This document shows positions 63,969 through 64,000 of a stretch of 64,000 nt of DNA, piece after piece. A program made the translations under genes and the position numbers. The stretch's first letter is position 1, and the number at the start of each line of letters is the position of its first letter. Below the pieces are notes generated by a model. The model was not told where the DNA came from. It did no database searches and saw nothing but the letters and a program-made list of their open reading frames with translations. This DNA comes from Candidatus Microgenomatus sp. (lineage in GTDB: Bacteria; Patescibacteriota; Microgenomatia; UBA8517), in NCBI GenBank assembly GCA_020724555.1, contig DYGT01000006.1:1649-65648 (forward strand). The letters are read 5' to 3'.

Positions 63969-64000
63969 CTTAAAAAATTTTGTTAAAATATATTACAAAT

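Noticed and set aside
1-64000. CRISPR arrays, rRNA genes, IS-element transposases
   Set aside because: No array of regularly spaced direct repeats was seen. No rRNA-like conserved blocks. No DDE or HUH transposase motifs: the 15948-16202 and 19431-19613 small ORFs were examined for an IS200 HuH motif and do not fit.

Overview
This is an AT-rich, gene-dense bacterial chromosome segment, coded almost entirely on the minus strand, and it looks like a small-genome bacterium. From about 21 kb to the end it is ordinary core genome: thioredoxin-CcdA, znuCB-zur, a class II Fic, a metal/redox regulator cluster (CsoR, ArsR-TRASH, DsbA-like), GT2 glycosyltransferases, cysS, recR-ybaB-dnaX, ybeY, proS, rseP, frr-tsf-rpsB, folD, glyA, a long-form thyX with dCMP deaminase and MazG, topA, dprA, a PBP, mreB, def-fmt, rpmB and tRNA-Thr(UGU). 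The left ~20 kb is visibly more AT-rich by eye and looks accessory. It holds four things: (i) a window-truncated large serine recombinase with an excisionase-like HTH gene and cargo ORFs, plus a second frameshifted excisionase-like remnant at 15.3-15.5 kb; (ii) a tightly packed 10-gene minus-strand operon in which preQ0 (7-cyano-7-deazaguanine) biosynthesis genes folE-queD-queE-queC are co-linear with a glycosyltransferase-like protein, an FAD oxidoreductase, a DegT-family sugar aminotransferase, a second divergent SHMT-like PLP enzyme and a P-loop kinase, bracketed by two divergent KsgA/Erm-type rRNA adenine dimethyltransferase paralogues; (iii) a decayed second cysS; (iv) a microviridin-like graspetide RiPP locus, with a precursor carrying a PFFARFL-like leader motif and an MdnC/MvdD-like ATP-grasp ligase. 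Several genes are interrupted exactly at homopolymer or dinucleotide runs, so some apparent pseudogenes may be sequencing artefacts. Every functional call is from reading translated motifs by eye; no searches were run.
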